Virus record (IMG/VR): IMGVR_UViG_3300044621_000066
Location: 1 to 29,935 of that record
DNA from: a virus
Taxonomy: Duplodnaviria > Caudoviricetes
Strand: one strand, 5' to 3'
Length of the DNA stretch: 29,935 nucleotides
The first letter of the stretch is position 1, and every line of letters begins with the position of its first letter. Positions 25,818 through 29,935 of this stretch are shown piece by piece. The position numbers and the translations under genes are program-made. The notes beneath the pieces were generated by a model that was not told the DNA's origin, ran no database searches, and worked only from the letters and a program-made list of their open reading frames with translations.

Positions 25818-25956
25818 CCAAATGTGTCAAGTAGTAGAAGCGTTCATTCTAAAGAAGAAAGGTGAGCGCGTCACTATAAACCGAACTCGCGTAATTATGG
25901 ACGTAAGACAATTACAAATGCTTATACACGCTTTTAACGTAGCAAATGGAAATTAA
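25798..25956 (+). CDS. Small hypothetical protein, 52 aa, between terS and terL (not in ORF track)
   Basis: MTIKEVDQMCQVVEAFILKKKGERV...; overlaps both neighbours. Confidence 0.55.
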   Translation: MTIKEVDQMCQVVEAFILKKKGERVTINRTRVIMDVRQLQMLIHAFNVANGN

Positions 25957-27097
25957 TAGTACAATCATATTTCAAAAGAACTGGAGCGCACTACAAGAAA
26001 AAGGGGTGCGTTTCGTTATTAATGAAGGTGGTTCGCGTTCAAGTAAAACGTATTCACTTTGTCAAATGGTTATCGTCTACTGCTTACAAAATCCTAACAA
26101 GGTAGTAAGTATCATTCGTAAGACGTTCCCAGCATTACGTGCAACTGTTATGCGTGACTTCTTAGAAATATTAAAAGACTTAGACATCTACGAAAAGACG
26201 AATCATAATATGTCTGAAAACATCTATCGCTTTCCTAACGGAAGTATTGTAGAGTTCTTCTCCGTAGACGACGAACAAAAGATTAGGGGACGTAAAAGAG
26301 ATATAGCGTGGTGTAACGAAGCTAACGAACTATTCTACGACGACTTCACTCAGTTGAATATGAGAACGGAAACTAAGCTAATCTTCGACTATAACCCTTC
26401 GGATAGTTCGAGTTGGTTATACGAGTTACCAAAAGACGAATCAATCCTAATCAAGTCTACTTATAGAGATAACCCTTTTTTACCTGAAACTATCAAACGT
26501 CAAATAGAAGACTTAAAGCGTACTGACGAAGCGTTATATCAAATTTACGCCTTAGGAGAAAAAGCCATCTCTAAATCTAACATTTACTCGAATTGGACTT
26601 TCATTAAACATAGACCCGCGAAATTCACTTCTTATGTCTACGGCTTAGACTTTGGGTATAATCACCCTACCGCGTTAATGCGTGTCTATTGGAGAGATAA
26701 CGACATCTTTATTGAACCGGTTATTTACGAATCTTATCTAACAACTTCGAACCTAATCGAGAAAATGAAGATTCTAAACGTAGAAGAAAACGTTGAGATA
26801 CTTGCGGATTATTCAAGACCCGAAATAATACAAGAAATGAACAACTCAGGATTCAATGTCTTAAACGCTAACAAAGTCGTAAAGAAAGGTATTGATAACG
26901 TTAAATCTTTCGGTGTGTTTTGTGAAGAAGACCAACGTATAAAAAAAGAGTACGAGAATTACAAGTGGAAAAAGATAGGCGATAACATAACCGACGAACC
27001 AATCAAGTTATACGACGATGCTATGGACGCGGTACGTTATGCGACTACGTACATAAAAGAAAACTACTACACGGACGATAGCTACATAGCCTTCTAA
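25946..27097 (+). CDS. terL: Terminase large subunit (PBSX/SPP1-like)
   Basis: EGGSRSSKTYS Walker A, WCNEANE Walker B, DYNP, GLDFGYNHP, DDAMDAVRY nuclease motifs. Confidence 0.95.
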   Translation: MEINSTIIFQKNWSALQEKGVRFVINEGGSRSSKTYSLCQMVIVYCLQNPNKVVSIIRKTFPALRATVMRDFLEILKDLDIYEKTNHNMSENIYRFPNGSIVEFFSVDDEQKIRGRKRDIAWCNEANELFYDDFTQLNMRTETKLIFDYNPSDSSSWLYELPKDESILIKSTYRDNPFLPETIKRQIEDLKRTDEALYQIYALGEKAISKSNIYSNWTFIKHRPAKFTSYVYGLDFGYNHPTALMRVYWRDNDIFIEPVIYESYLTTSNLIEKMKILNVEENVEILADYSRPEIIQEMNNSGFNVLNANKVVKKGIDNVKSFGVFCEEDQRIKKEYENYKWKKIGDNITDEPIKLYDDAMDAVRYATTYIKENYYTDDSYIAF

Positions 27098-27098
27098 A

Positions 27099-27127
27099 AA
27101 CACGAATAAAAACGCTTTTAATATAGT
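27099..27127 (+). promoter_or_regulatory. Putative late promoter AACA-N17-AATATAGT
   Basis: Bipartite motif, ends 1 nt before ATG 27129. Confidence 0.7.
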
Positions 27128-27128
27128 T

Positions 27129-28616
27129 ATGGCAATAACAATAATCGCAGAACCACAAGACTTCACTCCAGCTTATAACGAGTGTAAATTCATAATAGAT
27201 AGTACTAACGTAAACAATCAAGGATTCAGGTATATCTTCGACATATACGAAAGCGGAACGGCTAACAAAATAGCTGAATATAGAATCCTTCCCGACACGA
27301 GCGGATACGGAGAACAAGACCTATCGAAACTTTTAAGCAGTCAAGTTGCCTATAACTTTAATCCGTCTATTACTACGTTCTACGACGCGAATAACTGCTA
27401 CTACAAATACGACGTTAAGTTTGGTGAAGAGTATTTAACAAAAACTTCTTACACGTCTTCTTTAACGAATAGTTCAGGAAACGTAAGAATAAACGTATCG
27501 AACACTTTTGTAGTAGGTGACCAGGTTGTTATCTATCAAACTGACGGAGGAGTAGCTAATCCAACCTTAGAAGGTTTGCATACTGTTATCGGTCAAGGTG
27601 TAGGATATTTAGTAGTTGACGCGCTTTGGTCAGATGTAACGGATGCAACGATAGACGGCGACGTTTTGTATGCGGATAATCGAAAGACTATAACACGTGA
27701 CATAACTACGACTTTAGACAAGTATGTTTTCAATGGCGCGGTCAAATGGATTGACTTTCCTTTCTACGATAACACGGATTATTTACTCGATAACGTAAAC
27801 GCTTTATTCCTAACTAACCAACCTTTAAGTTTTCATTGTACGTTAGGTCAAGACCTTTGGTTAAACCTACGCGACAACGGAGTAAAAGTAAACGAAAGGG
27901 TATATTTCGAGAATAGCAACGGAGATGTTTTCTACAAGTCAATAAGTGGTAACGAATATATCAAAGGTGTAGCAGTAGGTTGTAACAACTTCGGAACGTT
28001 GACTTTGGTTTCAGGAACTGCGGGACTAATAAAAGGCGATACTGAATATTACGACGTTTACTACGCGGATTCATTAGTTATAACGCAACGTAGCGCGAAG
28101 TATAGAATTTATATCGATAGACGAATCTTAATATCTGAAACGCACATTTTGTTCTTAGATAGAATGGGTAGCCTTAGTAGCTTTGCATTTCAACTTAAAA
28201 ACTATGAACGCGGAAACATCACACGCGAAACATATAACAAGGATGTAACAGGATTTGTAAGCGGTGGTGAATGGTCTTATAAAACTTATGAACAAGGCTT
28301 TGTTAACTACAACACTCAAGTCACTAAGGACTACGACTTGAATACAAATTGGATGACCGAGAACGAAGGTATTTACTTTCAAGAGTTACTAACATCACCT
28401 CAAACGTGGGTTAAGAACGTAACTTACCGAATCACGGAAGACTTACTAAATAGATATGACGAAACTGGTTGTATTATACGTATACCTGAATCTACCGAGT
28501 ATTTAAGTTGCAACGTGTTAACAAACAACTTCGAAGTATTTAAGCAAAGAAACAAGAACTTAATTAAACAAAGCATTTCAGTAAGGTTATCAAATAACGA
28601 CATAATCAATGGTTAA
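27129..28616 (+). CDS. Virion structural protein (distal tail/baseplate-like)
   Basis: 495 aa beta-rich; LNTNW...FQELLTSPQ C-terminal pattern; precedes large tail gene and TMP. Confidence 0.65.
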   Translation: MAITIIAEPQDFTPAYNECKFIIDSTNVNNQGFRYIFDIYESGTANKIAEYRILPDTSGYGEQDLSKLLSSQVAYNFNPSITTFYDANNCYYKYDVKFGEEYLTKTSYTSSLTNSSGNVRINVSNTFVVGDQVVIYQTDGGVANPTLEGLHTVIGQGVGYLVVDALWSDVTDATIDGDVLYADNRKTITRDITTTLDKYVFNGAVKWIDFPFYDNTDYLLDNVNALFLTNQPLSFHCTLGQDLWLNLRDNGVKVNERVYFENSNGDVFYKSISGNEYIKGVAVGCNNFGTLTLVSGTAGLIKGDTEYYDVYYADSLVITQRSAKYRIYIDRRILISETHILFLDRMGSLSSFAFQLKNYERGNITRETYNKDVTGFVSGGEWSYKTYEQGFVNYNTQVTKDYDLNTNWMTENEGIYFQELLTSPQTWVKNVTYRITEDLLNRYDETGCIIRIPESTEYLSCNVLTNNFEVFKQRNKNLIKQSISVRLSNNDIING

Positions 28617-29935
28617 AATCGTATTAGAAAACGGAACGCTTGACATTAGAGAAGATGTTAAGTTCCCTTTGAATTTTAGTATAGGAGATATAAGAGATAT
28701 ATCCAAAAGAACGGGAACATTCTCAAAGACTATTATTGCTCCCGGTACTAAGAACAATCACGAGTTATTAGGACATTACTACGACGTAAATATTCAGTCG
28801 GGGACATTTAACATAAACACTATTACTAAGTGTCAAGTTATTCAAAATGGAGTTCCTGTATTAGAAGATGCGTTGATACAATTAACGGGTGTACTAAAGA
28901 AGCAAAACACGAATGCTTATGAAGACGAAGTTAACTACGAATTGTTAATAAAAGATTCTAAGGTAGAGTTCTTCACTCAGATAGCTAACAATGAATTAAC
29001 CGACTTAGACTTCTCAGATTTAAACCATACGTTAGATAGTTCGTTTGTAGTTAGTTCTTTTAGTAATTCGGTAGCTGACGGCTATAAATACATCTTACCT
29101 TATTCAGATGATAGCACATATAGGCTAAACGAATTTAAACCGGCTATTTACGCTAAGACATATTTCGATAGGATATTCTCAAATGCTGGTTTCTCTTATA
29201 CGTGGAGTGGACTTCAAGACGCTAAGTTTGACAAGCTATTAATTCCTTATAATGGGGACGTAGAAAACACGAATGTAGACCCTTACAAAGTACAAGCTAA
29301 TAACACGTGGACTACTTCGTATGTTCAACCTATTGGCGAGAATCAAACCTTTTACGAAATAGTAGATTCTTGGACGGAAACCTTAGACGGGCAAAATTTA
29401 TTTGACCCTATTACTGGCGAATATTCCGCTCCATTTTATACCGACACTACACAAAACACTTACTATAATTTTAAAATAGAATATACTGCTGACATCAACT
29501 TAGATAACACAAGCGGTGCAACTGCATATTATTTGAACTTAGAGCCGAATCAAACGTGGAGTTTAGCGGAACAAAATTACAAGTTAGTATTTAGGCTAAT
29601 AAAAAACGGAACTACACAAATAGGACAATACGTATATATTCAAGGAGTAGATTATACAGCAGCGTCTTTAGCGAATGGAGTCACTACGTTAGGTACTGTT
29701 TCGCAAGTGGTGAATATTCCTACTACTCAAAACTTATCACCTACTGACACAATAGAAATTGAAGTAGGTCTTTTTATATTTAATCCTGGTGTTAAAAGGT
29801 GGCAAAGTGGAGGCGCACCGGGTGGAGGTACAAACGTTCAAGTAAATCCACAAGTTGACCTTACGACTTTAAAACTTGAGATTCTACCGAGTGCAAATGT
29901 AGTGTCTTATAATTCGGTTGTAGCTGTTAACTCAT
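28609..29935 (+). CDS. N-terminal part of large tail (tip/hub) protein; continues through the junction to 1766 (not in ORF track)
   Basis: ATG 28609 (MVKIVLENGTLDIREDVKFPLNFSIGDIRDISKRTGTFSKT), no stop to window end, in frame with 93-1766. Confidence 0.85.
   Translation, partial: MVKIVLENGTLDIREDVKFPLNFSIGDIRDISKRTGTFSKTIIAPGTKNNHELLGHYYDVNIQSGTFNINTITKCQVIQNGVPVLEDALIQLTGVLKKQNTNAYEDEVNYELLIKDSKVEFFTQIANNELTDLDFSDLNHTLDSSFVVSSFSNSVADGYKYILPYSDDSTYRLNEFKPAIYAKTYFDRIFSNAGFSYTWSGLQDAKFDKLLIPYNGDVENTNVDPYKVQANNTWTTSYVQPIGENQTFYEIVDSWTETLDGQNLFDPITGEYSAPFYTDTTQNTYYNFKIEYTADINLDNTSGATAYYLNLEPNQTWSLAEQNYKLVFRLIKNGTTQIGQYVYIQGVDYTAASLANGVTTLGTVSQVVNIPTTQNLSPTDTIEIEVGLFIFNPGVKRWQSGGAPGGGTNVQVNPQVDLTTLKLEILPSANVVSYNSVVAVNS
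29615..29935 (+). repeat. Terminal direct repeat, right copy
   Basis: Matches 1-321 except at 29742, 29881 and 29914. Confidence 0.97.

Larger units (their letters stand above)
1..29935. mobile_element. Complete circularisable tailed bacteriophage genome (siphovirus-like; probable Bacteroidota host)
   Basis: Terminase, portal, capsid, tape measure, lysis and replication genes; 321 bp terminal overlap; no host genes; TAnnTTTG promoters typical of Bacteroidota. Confidence 0.95.

Noticed and set aside
548-28609. Many short minus-strand track ORFs (e.g. 548-751, 2064-2267, 12507-12947, 28155-28382) and plus-strand 8556-8771, 15586-15771
   Set aside because: Shadow ORFs inside or across longer, motif-bearing genes, with no start context or recognisable motifs
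1-29935. Stop-codon reassignment, tRNA genes, lysogeny module
   Set aside because: Genes tile densely under the standard code with TAA, TGA and TAG all used as stops; no cloverleaf, integrase or CI-like repressor recognised

Overview
The window is an apparently complete ~29.6 kb dsDNA tailed phage genome, siphovirus-like, probably infecting a Bacteroidota host. The host inference rests on TAnnTTTG -7 promoter elements and A-rich start regions without Shine-Dalgarno sequences. Bases 1-321 recur at 29615-29935 with 3 mismatches, so the contig circularises at 29,614 bp and one ~923 aa tail gene is split across the junction. Modules: tail and tape measure (27.1 kb through the junction to 7.6 kb); a two-gene minus-strand operon of paralogs; protease/scaffold, capsid, tail tube, portal and adaptor; holin, amidase, u-spanin-like lipoprotein and a metallophosphoesterase; early mini-genes; replication (initiator with iteron-like repeats, DnaB-like helicase); recombination (NinG, ERF, YqaJ-like exonuclease, SSB-like); a sigma-70/ECF-like factor; terS and terL. 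I recognised no integrase, repressor, DNA polymerase, methyltransferase, tRNA or CRISPR array. Main signals: (1) a ~95 nt kissing-loop RNA/terminator ahead of the replication genes; (2) a bipartite AACA-N17-AATATAGT motif abutting late-gene start codons, a likely target of the phage sigma; (3) at least 22 dispersed copies of AACACGAA; (4) a paralog pair that may replace the G/GT tail-chaperone frameshift; (5) mini-gene cassettes with identical DNA blocks. All product calls come from motif recognition by eye, not database searches.
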